Positions 1-8,702 of a stretch of 64,000 bases of DNA are shown piece by piece (within the stretch, counting starts at the first letter, position 1; the number at the start of each line of letters is the position of its first letter). A program made the position numbers and the translations under genes. Below the pieces are notes generated by a model. The model had not been told where the DNA came from. It made no database searches and worked only from the letters and a program-made list of their open reading frames with translations. The stretch is from NCBI GenBank assembly GCA_002840905.1, contig PHDD01000004.1, positions 102,921 to 166,920 on the forward strand, given 5' to 3'. This DNA is from Bacteroidetes bacterium HGW-Bacteroidetes-4. Lineage in GTDB: Bacteria > Bacteroidota > Bacteroidia > Bacteroidales > SZUA-534.

Positions 1-42
1 GGAACAATGAATATTCAAAATTTTATTAAAATTCAAGAATAA
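1..42 (+). CDS. 3' end of an unidentified CDS entering from upstream of the window (partial)
   Basis: Frame +1 is open from base 1 to TAA at 40-42 (..GTMNIQNFIKIQE*). A strong intrinsic terminator follows. Too short to name. Confidence 0.3.
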   Translation, partial: GTMNIQNFIKIQE

Positions 43-58
43 TTGAATCTCTTTTAGA

Positions 59-99
59 AGTCAGCATAAATTTTAATTCTAATTTATGCTGACTTTTTT
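59..99 (+). terminator. Rho-independent terminator
   Basis: Perfect 14-bp stem AGTCAGCATAAATT (59-72) / AATTTATGCTGACT (81-94), 8-nt loop, then TTTTT (95-99). Confidence 0.85.
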
Positions 100-133
100 G
101 CTTTGTTTTCACAAATTAAAATCATTGAGATTG

Positions 134-1726
134 ATGAAAAAAACATTCGGCATCGTATTGTTTCTGAGTTTTGTCCTAAGCATATGGGGTCAGAACCCTT
201 CGAACCAATATTTCAGCGGAGAAATTCCCGAAAAGGCAAACAAAGAATTTCAATTTTTGGCTTTCTACATTAACCAGGCTGTAATTTCGAACAGCTATCC
301 CAAAAATGATTTTCTCAAAGGACAGGTTGTGGGTCGCTTATTTGGAGGTAACACCACCACAACCAGTAACGAATTTACAAGCAGTTACATTGAGCAAAGG
401 TTGATTCCCTTTTTTATTTATCAGCCTCACCTTTTCAATGGTAAAGCCACTTTACGGGCTTCGTTCGAAATTGACTGGACCTGGGGAGATGTGGCCTATG
501 GTGTTGGAGGAAACTTTGGAGGAGCTTTTTCAGCCGATCAGGTAAACCTTCAGACCCAAAACCTGGAACTGGAATTTAATCCGCTTAAAGGCTGGTACAT
601 AAATGTGGGATTGCAACGTATTTTCGATACGCCATACAATCCCTACAAGACCATGTTCGACAAAATGACTACCACGGGTTACCGGCTCACCTATTTTGGA
701 ACCGACGGTGTAGGCATTTCGGTTCGTAAAGATTGGGATTTTGCCCGAATCAAATCGGGTTATTACAAGCTCTACGAAAATTACGTTCAACTCAACGACG
801 ACGTTACCCTGATGGAACTTACCGGCGAAAAAGACATTACAAAAGAATGGAAACTGGGAGCTTCAGCCTACTACATGCGCGACCGGGCTTCGGGTGCCGG
901 CGGGGTATCCATATTAAGCCAGGGATTTAACAGTCTTTTGGCAACCCATAATGGAGTATACAAATTCGCTTATGGCGATGTACCTTACAAAGCCGATGTG
1001 GTTTGGCTGGGAAGTTATTTTGGACGCAATACCGAACACTGGCTCGACCGATGGATGGTTACCGGGTTTGTAAATTTCAATTTAGGAAAAGCAGACACTT
1101 TAACGAATCAGGCCCTATCGGACAAAGAATGGAGCCGTACTACCGATATTTTTGGTTACGCCGGAAACTTACGTCTTTCGTACCGCTACGGGCAAACAAC
1201 AAGCGATAATTTTACTTTGGACGCCATGTATTCGTCGGGCGATGCCAATGGTTTGCAGGATGGAAAATACAATGGAGTAATTACCGGTAATCAATGGGGA
1301 GCACCCGGAGCTATTCACGTAAGTTCAGGATCCTATCTGCTTATGCCCCACGGAAATGTCGTTAACCGTTTTACACCGGCTATTATGGATATTTCGAATA
1401 TGGGTTATGGATTAACTTCGGTAAATTTGAATGCATCGAAAGGAATAATTCCCCATAAACTAAATGCCAAACTAGGCAGTGCTATTGCCTTAAGCAATGT
1501 ACAACCTGCGGGCGGCGGAAATTTAATTGGAACTGAGTTTAACGGGAACATTGCCTATAACTTTGGTCCGTTTATGAGCCTCGAATGGCATGCCGCTTAT
1601 TTGGTTTTGGGCGATTTTTACGACAGCACCCAAAGTTCCTATGGAAGTCCGGTAAATGGCAATTCTGCCGAACGCCCGGTGAATCCATGGACTACTTTTG
1701 TTGTTTTTAAATGGCTCATGTTTTAA
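134..1726 (+). CDS. Predicted outer-membrane beta-barrel protein, family not recognised
   Basis: ORF-track frame 86-1726. I place the start at ATG 134 (signal peptide MKKTFGIVLFLSFVLSIWGQ) because 86-99 lies inside the upstream terminator. The sequence is G/Y/N/T-rich with alternating hydrophobic residues and ends ..FKWLMF with a terminal aromatic, as in OM barrels. Confidence 0.6.
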   Translation: MKKTFGIVLFLSFVLSIWGQNPSNQYFSGEIPEKANKEFQFLAFYINQAVISNSYPKNDFLKGQVVGRLFGGNTTTTSNEFTSSYIEQRLIPFFIYQPHLFNGKATLRASFEIDWTWGDVAYGVGGNFGGAFSADQVNLQTQNLELEFNPLKGWYINVGLQRIFDTPYNPYKTMFDKMTTTGYRLTYFGTDGVGISVRKDWDFARIKSGYYKLYENYVQLNDDVTLMELTGEKDITKEWKLGASAYYMRDRASGAGGVSILSQGFNSLLATHNGVYKFAYGDVPYKADVVWLGSYFGRNTEHWLDRWMVTGFVNFNLGKADTLTNQALSDKEWSRTTDIFGYAGNLRLSYRYGQTTSDNFTLDAMYSSGDANGLQDGKYNGVITGNQWGAPGAIHVSSGSYLLMPHGNVVNRFTPAIMDISNMGYGLTSVNLNASKGIIPHKLNAKLGSAIALSNVQPAGGGNLIGTEFNGNIAYNFGPFMSLEWHAAYLVLGDFYDSTQSSYGSPVNGNSAERPVNPWTTFVVFKWLMF

Positions 1727-1736
1727 GTTTTAAAAA

Positions 1737-2705
1737 ATGGTAAAAATGAACAAGCATATATATTTAGGAGTGGTAATAACGCTATTATTCATGAGCAGTT
1801 GCAGTACTCCTTACCAATCGGTACAACCATTCTCAAAAATGGACGACATGCAATACCTGCATCCGGTTAAAAAAATTCATCTGCCGCAAAGTGGTTACGA
1901 TATTGCCTACACCGACGAAGGTAAAGGTGACGAAACCCTAATTTTTATTCATGGTTTGGGCAGTTACCTACAAGCCTGGACAAAAAATGTTGAGGTCTTA
2001 AGAAACAATTACCGCTGCATATCGATTGATTTGCCTGGGTATGGCAAATCGGGTAAACAACCGCACAGTGGTAAAATGACTTTTTATGCCTCCATTGTTA
2101 ACGAGTTGGTTAATCAACTCAATCTTGGCAAAGTTTATCTTTCAGGCCATTCCATGGGAGGGCAAATATCAATAACCACTGCTTTGAACTATCCGGAAAT
2201 TGTAGCCGGTCTGATTTTGGTCGATCCGGCTGGTTTTGAATCTTTTAACAAAGGACAAAAACAATGGTTTCGTGAAGTTATGACATTTGATGGGGTTCGC
2301 TTGACCACTACTGAAGCCATTCAGAACAATCTGGCTACGAATTTTTACCGCTTACCCGAAGATGCCGATTTTATGATTACCGACCGTATAGCCATGCGCA
2401 GCGCATCTGATTTTGATGCGTATTGCTACACCGTAGTTCAATCGGTAAACGGAATGGTAGATGAACCGGTATTGGATTATTTACAAGACATAAAAGTTCC
2501 TACTTTAATTTTTTTTGGCGAAAACGACAACCTGATTCCTAACCGTTATTTAAATCCAGGGTTTACTGTGAACATTGCCAAAAATGGAGCCAATAAAATC
2601 CCAAACAGCAAGCTGATAATGGTTCCTGAGTGTGGGCATTTTATGATGTTCGAAAAGGCAGAAACATTTAATACCGAAGTAAAAACATTTATTCAACAAA
2701 AATAA
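1737..2705 (+). CDS. Alpha/beta-hydrolase-fold lipoprotein
   Basis: Lipoprotein signal ..LLFMSSC. HGLGS oxyanion motif, nucleophile elbow GHSMGG, C-terminal catalytic His in ECGHFMMFE. Starts 10 nt after the barrel gene. Confidence 0.85.
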   Translation: MVKMNKHIYLGVVITLLFMSSCSTPYQSVQPFSKMDDMQYLHPVKKIHLPQSGYDIAYTDEGKGDETLIFIHGLGSYLQAWTKNVEVLRNNYRCISIDLPGYGKSGKQPHSGKMTFYASIVNELVNQLNLGKVYLSGHSMGGQISITTALNYPEIVAGLILVDPAGFESFNKGQKQWFREVMTFDGVRLTTTEAIQNNLATNFYRLPEDADFMITDRIAMRSASDFDAYCYTVVQSVNGMVDEPVLDYLQDIKVPTLIFFGENDNLIPNRYLNPGFTVNIAKNGANKIPNSKLIMVPECGHFMMFEKAETFNTEVKTFIQQK

Positions 2706-2709
2706 ATTA

Positions 2710-3111
2710 ATGGAGCCCCTTGTTATTGGCAAACACTGTACTGTTGAACTTTTAGAAACCGTTCCATGTGTGGTAATCCGGTGGAATGGGCTTCCTCCCA
2801 GTGAGGAATTCCGCAAAGGCTGTTTAGCAGTACTTGATTTAATGAAGTGCAATGGCCTTACAAAAGTAATTACCGACAATACCATGGCAAAAGTTTTTTC
2901 AATGGACGACCAGCGATGGCTCAACCAGGAATGGTTGCCCAAAGCCCAAAAACAGGGTTATCGGTATTCAGCAGTTCTGGTAAAAGAAAACGACCCTTTT
3001 GTAAGCTTTGCGGTAAAAAACATTATGTCGAAAAGAGATGCGACACATTTTCAGGCTGAGTTTTTTTACCATATGAACGATGCTGTTGACTGGCTTTCCG
3101 GTGTAGCATAA
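2710..3111 (+). CDS. Small cytoplasmic hypothetical protein (133 aa)
   Basis: Starts 4 nt after the hydrolase stop and is followed immediately by a terminator. No signal peptide. A SpoIIAA/STAS-like fold is only a guess. Confidence 0.5.
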   Translation: MEPLVIGKHCTVELLETVPCVVIRWNGLPPSEEFRKGCLAVLDLMKCNGLTKVITDNTMAKVFSMDDQRWLNQEWLPKAQKQGYRYSAVLVKENDPFVSFAVKNIMSKRDATHFQAEFFYHMNDAVDWLSGVA

Positions 3112-3117
3112 ATACAA

Positions 3118-3140
3118 ACCGGCGAATGCCGGTTTTTTTT
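3118..3140 (+). terminator. Rho-independent terminator
   Basis: ACCGGC (3118-3123) GAAT GCCGGT (3128-3133) followed by a T-run to 3140. Confidence 0.85.
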
Positions 3141-3170
3141 TACCTTGCAGTGCTTTCAATTAGGTTTATT

Positions 3171-4601
3171 ATGAAAAACAAACTCGAATCGTTTACTGAA
3201 TTCACCTCAGCCTTATATCCCCACGAAATTGAATACCTCTTGAGCATTCAACAATTCCAGAAAGAGGATAATCTAAAGATACTGAACCAGATAAACTACA
3301 ACAGTCATAATCCCAAAAATCAGCTTTCTTTCAACAAAGCTATTGACAAAAGAACATACTCCTACCTGAAAAACTGGATTTCAGAAAGTCTTGAAAAAAC
3401 CAATGTCGATGTTTATTACGATTGGATAATCGGTGTAGAGCAAGATATTATGACCGACCGGATTGAAACCCATCACGAAAAACGCTTGCTCAAAGAGCTT
3501 GAAAATATTTCTCCTTCGAGCTATTATTTTATGAAGTTTTTCAGGGTCTTGCAACACTATCGCGATTACCTTATTGTTCGGAATCGTACCCGAAATTACG
3601 CAATCATCAATAATTACCTGGAACAGAATAAAAACAACTACCTTATTTCACAGTCGCTGAATAACAAAATGAACGAAGCCACAGAAAAAGTGGTCTTTAA
3701 AAAGATATTGATTGCTGAAGAATTTACCGTTTGGGAAACTTTGTTCTCGGAAATTTATTTTAACGAAACCCTCGATGGTTACACCCGTTATAGGGCTGTA
3801 GTAAGGCTTACCATATTGTACTACACCAATCGCGAATTCGATAAGCTTCGAAATGTATATCAGCACCTCGATCGTCAGTTTAAAACACCGGTTTTTTATT
3901 CCAAACGCATCCTGGCCAACTACTATGCCAATAGGGCCATGATGCACTCCAAGCTGAATGAGCTAAACGAAGCTGAAAAATATGGTATGCTTTCAATCCG
4001 CTATAAAAACAGCGATTACCTTTTTTACCTGGCCAATGTCGCCGATATTTTATTACGCAGTAACAAGGCTGCCGAAGCATTAGAAATACTAATCCAGTCG
4101 TTTGCCGAGTTTAAAAAATCGGGTAACTTTTATTACAAAATTGGATTTGCTGTTTTTTATATCAAAACCTTATTGGCCAACCAAATGATTGATAAGGCGC
4201 ACGATTATGGTGAGATTTTTCTAAACGCTTACAAACGGGAGATTTTTGAGTTCCGCTGGCATTTGTTCTTCACTACTTACATTTCAGCTCTTTTCCGGGC
4301 CGAAAAATATGCCAAAATAGCCTCCCTTATCAAGCGTTACAAACTGGTTTCCAAAGAAAAACAACTTTACGGAACCGCGCAATACATTCCATTTATACAG
4401 ATTTACCTGGCCGCATCTGAATACATGGAAGGGAATCTTTCTCAGGAATTGGTGAAAAAGCAGATAATGCAACAAATTACCGATTTAGGACAAAACAAAT
4501 TCCGCCACCGCAAGGTGTTGGAACTATTACAAAATCTGGCCTTCAACTTACCCGAACTGATGCAACATATTTTTAAGGAATTACGAATTCAAGTGGATTA
4601 A
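3171..4601 (+). CDS. Hypothetical all-helical (TPR-like) cytoplasmic protein, 476 aa
   Basis: ORF-track frame 3126-4601. Start moved to ATG 3171 (MKNKLESF..) because 3126-3140 is the terminator. N/K/Y/I/F-rich, no TM segment or signal, repeated amphipathic helix pairs in the C-terminal half. Confidence 0.5.
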   Translation: MKNKLESFTEFTSALYPHEIEYLLSIQQFQKEDNLKILNQINYNSHNPKNQLSFNKAIDKRTYSYLKNWISESLEKTNVDVYYDWIIGVEQDIMTDRIETHHEKRLLKELENISPSSYYFMKFFRVLQHYRDYLIVRNRTRNYAIINNYLEQNKNNYLISQSLNNKMNEATEKVVFKKILIAEEFTVWETLFSEIYFNETLDGYTRYRAVVRLTILYYTNREFDKLRNVYQHLDRQFKTPVFYSKRILANYYANRAMMHSKLNELNEAEKYGMLSIRYKNSDYLFYLANVADILLRSNKAAEALEILIQSFAEFKKSGNFYYKIGFAVFYIKTLLANQMIDKAHDYGEIFLNAYKREIFEFRWHLFFTTYISALFRAEKYAKIASLIKRYKLVSKEKQLYGTAQYIPFIQIYLAASEYMEGNLSQELVKKQIMQQITDLGQNKFRHRKVLELLQNLAFNLPELMQHIFKELRIQVD

Positions 4602-5053
4602 AAAAAATAAACTAACCTTTCAGTAAACAGGAATTTGTATTCAATCCTCAAAAAGTAAGTCCTTAACTTCGTTTAGTAATATTTATATATTTAATTTTCT
4701 TTTATCGCTTTCAGCGGGTGTACTACTAATCATGCAGGTCGCACACAGCCAGTATATGCTATTGCTGGATATTGGTTGGATAATGAATATTCACAGGGTT
4801 AAGTTCTCCTTGAAGCGGTCGGGAAGACTCAGCGATTGTATCTGGTTGAACTACAACTCAGGCATCCCGTTTTTCTATGTATATATCGAAGGCTTTTGGT
4901 TAATTATTATAGATAAAAAAATTATAGCAGTTTTTAAGTACAAACACAATTGCCATTGACCGTGTAACTTAAAAATAAAACCAATCAATAAAAAAATGAA
5001 ATCATAACCAACACATAAAATGATGGTAAATAACAAATTAAATGTAAAAGTAA

Positions 5054-5061
5054 TATATTTG
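5054..5061 (+). promoter_or_regulatory. Candidate Bacteroidota -7 promoter box (TAnnTTTG)
   Basis: TATATTTG lies 24 nt upstream of ATG 5085. It matches the published Bacteroides -7 consensus TAnnTTTG. Confidence 0.35.
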
Positions 5062-5084
5062 AATAATAATTAATTTACCTTACT

Positions 5085-6035
5085 ATGCATCATAGACCTA
5101 AATACCTGGCAAAAACGTTTATTTTGGGTTTCTTACTCTTCTATGCAGAACATACAATGGCCCAAGATGGAACAATCTACCCACTCGCCCCCCCGGCCGA
5201 ACCTAATGCTATTCTGCTCGGTACCGGTGGTGTGGATAACCAACCCGCCTCAGAAACCTGGTTCCGTCAGTGGGGCGACCCCATGGCCCGAAACATAACT
5301 ACTGCAACCCTTACCCCATTCTTACCCGAAACTGGAAAAGGAAATGGTGCTGCCGTGATTGTGGCTCCAGGTGGAGGCTTTATGTGGCTTTCAATGGGTA
5401 ACGAAGGATGGGAAGTAGCAGAAGCACTCGCAAAACAGGGAATAGCTGCTTTTGTACTCAAATACCGACTCAATCCAACTCCGGCGTCACTCGATGACTT
5501 CACTGCCATGATGAACCGCGCATTCACACCTCCAACTGAACCCTCCGATTCTACAAAAGAAGCAGCACCAGCAAGTCCATTGCGCTTTAACCTCTCCAAC
5601 CAACTCAAGGATGCTGAAGCCGCATATGCTATGATAGTTAAACGAGCTAAGGAATGGGGTGTTGACACAAACAGAATAGGTATGATTGGATTTTCAGCCG
5701 GTGCTGGTCTCACCCTTCACGCTACACTGAACTCCAAAACCATGGACTTGGCCTTTATCGCCCCTGTTTATGGCGGAATGGGAACGGTAGAAGTACCAAA
5801 AGATGCACCTCCCATGTTCAATGTTATAGCCACCGATGATTTTCTTTTCAGGGGTCAGTTTGGTATAATTGAGTCCTGGTACAAAGCAGGCATACCTGTT
5901 GAATTTCATCTGTACCAAAATGGAGGTCATGGGTTTGGCCTGGGAAATCCCAATCGAACCAGTAATCGTTGGTTTAATGCCTTTATACACTGGTTAAATG
6001 TTAATGGCTTTCTAACGGCCAATTCCGTAAAGTGA
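5085..6035 (+). CDS. Secreted alpha/beta-hydrolase-fold esterase (carbohydrate-esterase/lipase-like)
   Basis: Signal peptide, APGGGF oxyanion motif, GFSAGAG nucleophile elbow (GxSxG), late GGHGF histidine. Sits directly upstream of a GH43 gene. Confidence 0.8.
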   Translation: MHHRPKYLAKTFILGFLLFYAEHTMAQDGTIYPLAPPAEPNAILLGTGGVDNQPASETWFRQWGDPMARNITTATLTPFLPETGKGNGAAVIVAPGGGFMWLSMGNEGWEVAEALAKQGIAAFVLKYRLNPTPASLDDFTAMMNRAFTPPTEPSDSTKEAAPASPLRFNLSNQLKDAEAAYAMIVKRAKEWGVDTNRIGMIGFSAGAGLTLHATLNSKTMDLAFIAPVYGGMGTVEVPKDAPPMFNVIATDDFLFRGQFGIIESWYKAGIPVEFHLYQNGGHGFGLGNPNRTSNRWFNAFIHWLNVNGFLTANSVK

Positions 6036-6067
6036 TATTACATCTTTCAATAAAAATAATTGAAGAA

Positions 6068-7030
6068 ATGCATAAAAGTAAGGTTTCTGTTTTAGTTTTA
6101 CTATTGGTTTTAACTATTGAGAGAATATTGGCCCAAAATCCAATAATTCGGGATTTATTTACCGCTGACCCTGCTCCATTAGTTTATAATGATACATTGT
6201 TTTTATATACGGGTCATGATACAGCTTCTATTGATGCTACGAATTACAAAATGCCCGATTGGTATGTATTTTCAACATCCGATATGGTAAACTGGACAAA
6301 TCATGGTGTTTGTCTTTCTCCTAAAACATTTTCATGGGCAACAGGTGATGCCTATGCTGCTCAATGTGTTTTTCGAAATGGAAAATTCTTTTGGTATGTA
6401 TCCACTTTTCATCAAAACAATGAAAACAGTAAAGGTGGAGCAGCAATAGGCGTAGCTGTTTCTGAACGACCCAACGGACCTTTTAAAGATGCAATTGGTA
6501 AAGCACTAATTGTTAATGAAATGACAACGGACATGAAACATAGTTGGGATGATATTGACCCAACAGTTTTTATTGACGAGAACAATAAAGCCTATCTTTT
6601 TTGGGGTAATGGCAGTTGCAAATGGGTAAGATTAAAAGAAAACATGGTTGAAATAGAAGATACAATACAAACTTTTATTCCAAAAAATTTTATTGAAGGG
6701 CCATGGGTATACCAAAGGAATGGGTTGTATTATTTGGTTTATGCCGGTGCTGGGAACAAACCTGAAATGATTGAATATTGCACTGCAGAAAGTCCTGAAG
6801 GCCCATGGACATACAAGGGAATTATTGCAGATAATGCACCCAATAGTTTTACTATCCATCCAGGGATTATTGATTATAAGAATAAAACTTATTTCTTTTA
6901 TCATAATGGATTACTGCCTACAGGTGGTAGTTACAGACGATCGATATGTGTTGATTATATGTATTATAATCCGGATGGGACAATACAGAAAGTGGTTCAA
7001 ACAAATGTTGGCGTAAAGCCTGAAAACTAA
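6068..7030 (+). CDS. Glycoside hydrolase family 43 (beta-xylosidase/alpha-L-arabinofuranosidase type)
   Basis: Signal MHKSKVSVLVLLLVL... GH43 signatures DPAPLVYNDTLFLYTGHD, DPTVFIDENNKAYLFWGNG and IEGPWVYQRNGLYYLVYA. The alternative start at 6032 would overlap the esterase stop. Confidence 0.85.
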   Translation: MHKSKVSVLVLLLVLTIERILAQNPIIRDLFTADPAPLVYNDTLFLYTGHDTASIDATNYKMPDWYVFSTSDMVNWTNHGVCLSPKTFSWATGDAYAAQCVFRNGKFFWYVSTFHQNNENSKGGAAIGVAVSERPNGPFKDAIGKALIVNEMTTDMKHSWDDIDPTVFIDENNKAYLFWGNGSCKWVRLKENMVEIEDTIQTFIPKNFIEGPWVYQRNGLYYLVYAGAGNKPEMIEYCTAESPEGPWTYKGIIADNAPNSFTIHPGIIDYKNKTYFFYHNGLLPTGGSYRRSICVDYMYYNPDGTIQKVVQTNVGVKPEN

Positions 7031-7593
7031 TCGAATATAATTAAATTCGCCAGCACTTTAGGGTGAACCCAATGTGAGGAATAAATTATTTGGCGCCTTT
7101 CTCCCCACTGGGCACGCCCTCAGCCGTGGCAAAAAGCCCACAGCTTTTATAAACAAGAATAGATAATTGGAAATCAATCTTCACATTTTACAACTGGAAT
7201 GGCTTTAAGTGCGTTTGCCACACATTCAGCTTACTAAAACTAACATAGCAAAAAAGACCGGAAAATTTCTTAAGAGAAAATTTATAAAGCTTGTTAAGTA
7301 TAGTGCCAGAAAGGTACCTGAATACCGGCTTAAATTTCAACATCCATATTGGTATGTACAACAACAACAATCAGCACTTGATTAATTAATTCATATCGGA
7401 TATACAAAAGGAGCTATTAAAATACCGCTTTGCCTAATACAAGGTATAGTTCGAACGGATTAAGCTTCGTTGAGCTCTCTTCGAACGTTTCAGCGATTTT
7501 CGAAGGTTTGTGGTCAATTTATTTTTAAACCTATTCATTCGTTTCTAATAAATTAAGTGTACCTTTAAAGAACAATCAAAAAAACTGGAACAT

Positions 7594-8022
7594 ATGATAT
7601 CTACAAGCCATTTTCATCCTATGCTGGTTCATTTTCCCATTGCATTGGTTACCGTTGGATTTTTTGCCGAGCTACTTTCAATGTATGTAAAAAAAGAAGT
7701 TTGCTTTTCAAAATTGGGATTCTATTTGCTCCTGGCAGGCACTATTTCTGCAATATTTGCATTGCTCTCAGGCCTAATTTTCACTGACGAAATGAGTGGT
7801 GCAGCACACGACGTGTTGGAACTTCACGAATTGTTTGCCTTTACCACCCTGGGGTTGTTATTGGTAACGTCAATTATTAGAACGTATTTGGTAATCAAAA
7901 AAGAAGAGCACAAAACTCTCATGAAAATTGCCTTTATATTGTATGCATTAGCTGCTATATCGGTTGGGGGCACTGGTTTTTTTGGAGGAACATTGGTTTT
8001 TAATTACATGATGCCACTTTAA
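7594..8022 (+). CDS. DUF2231-type four-helix integral membrane protein
   Basis: N-terminus SHFHPMLVHFPIAL is typical of DUF2231. Four hydrophobic helices and several conserved-looking His residues. Confidence 0.7.
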   Translation: MISTSHFHPMLVHFPIALVTVGFFAELLSMYVKKEVCFSKLGFYLLLAGTISAIFALLSGLIFTDEMSGAAHDVLELHELFAFTTLGLLLVTSIIRTYLVIKKEEHKTLMKIAFILYALAAISVGGTGFFGGTLVFNYMMPL

Positions 8023-8045
8023 TACTTATCTTAAAAATAACAACT

Positions 8046-8657
8046 ATGAGAAAACTCTTATTCGTTGCGTTGGTTGGCTTGATTTCATTTTCAAGCTGCA
8101 ACCCGGTAAAACCGGTTAAAACCATAGAAAATCTTAAAGCAGGAATTATTGGTGAAACAACTGCAAGTGCGAAGTATGCTGCGTTTGCAAACAAAGCCAG
8201 GGAAGAAGGAAATGACACGATAGCTAAACTTTTTGATGCCGCATCAAAAGCTGAAGCCATTCATGCCGATAATCACAAGAAAGTACTTGAATCGCTGGGT
8301 ATAACCATGGATGCATTTACTCCAGAATTTGAAGTTAAAACCACCGCTGAAAACCTTCAGGCTGCTATTGATGGAGAAACCTATGAAGTTACCACAATGT
8401 ATCCTCAATTTTTAGCTGATGCTAAAGCAGAGAAAATTGAAAAAGCTACCAAATCGTTTACATGGGCTATGGATACCGAAAAAAAACATGGTGATTTTTA
8501 TGCTAAAGCACTAACTGCATTGAATGCTAATGCAGAAAATACCTTGCCTTTCGAATATGCTGTTTGTCCTGTTTGTGGAAATACTTATGATGCTGCCAAT
8601 ATTGATGACAAATGTGCATTTTGCCAAACGTCAAAAGAAAAATACTTTATGATCTAA
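8046..8657 (+). CDS. Rubrerythrin-family diiron protein with lipoprotein signal peptide
   Basis: MRKLLFVALVGLISFSSC lipobox. Diiron ligands at IIGETTASAKY, KAEAIHADNH (ExxH), IDGETYEVTTMY and DTEKKHGDFY (ExxH). C-terminal CPVCG...CAFCQ rubredoxin-like knuckles. Confidence 0.85.
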   Translation: MRKLLFVALVGLISFSSCNPVKPVKTIENLKAGIIGETTASAKYAAFANKAREEGNDTIAKLFDAASKAEAIHADNHKKVLESLGITMDAFTPEFEVKTTAENLQAAIDGETYEVTTMYPQFLADAKAEKIEKATKSFTWAMDTEKKHGDFYAKALTALNANAENTLPFEYAVCPVCGNTYDAANIDDKCAFCQTSKEKYFMI

Positions 8658-8662
8658 AAAAA

Positions 8663-8702
8663 GGGCTGCATCAGAAATGATTAATTTTTGATGCAGCCTT
8701 AT
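8663..8702 (+). terminator. Rho-independent terminator
   Basis: GGGCTGCATCA (8663-8673) / TGATGCAGCC (8689-8698) with a 15-nt loop, followed by TTATT. Confidence 0.75.

Noticed and set aside
86-133. N-terminal extension of the first ORF (track start at 86).
   Set aside because: Bases 86-99 lie inside the upstream terminator hairpin and T-run. The Met at 134 begins a proper signal peptide.
3126-3170. Track start at 3126 for the TPR-like ORF.
   Set aside because: It overlaps the terminator T-run (3133-3140). ATG 3171 is the more plausible start.
4732-4959. 75-aa ORF in the 4602-5084 gap.
   Set aside because: The peptide is implausible (W/I/C-rich, no motifs) with no start context. I treat the region as non-coding or RNA instead.
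6032-6067. GH43 start at 6032, overlapping the esterase stop (possible translational coupling).
   Set aside because: The extra 12 residues precede a normal signal peptide that starts at Met 6068. I cannot decide between the two without data, so I chose the shorter form and flagged the alternative.
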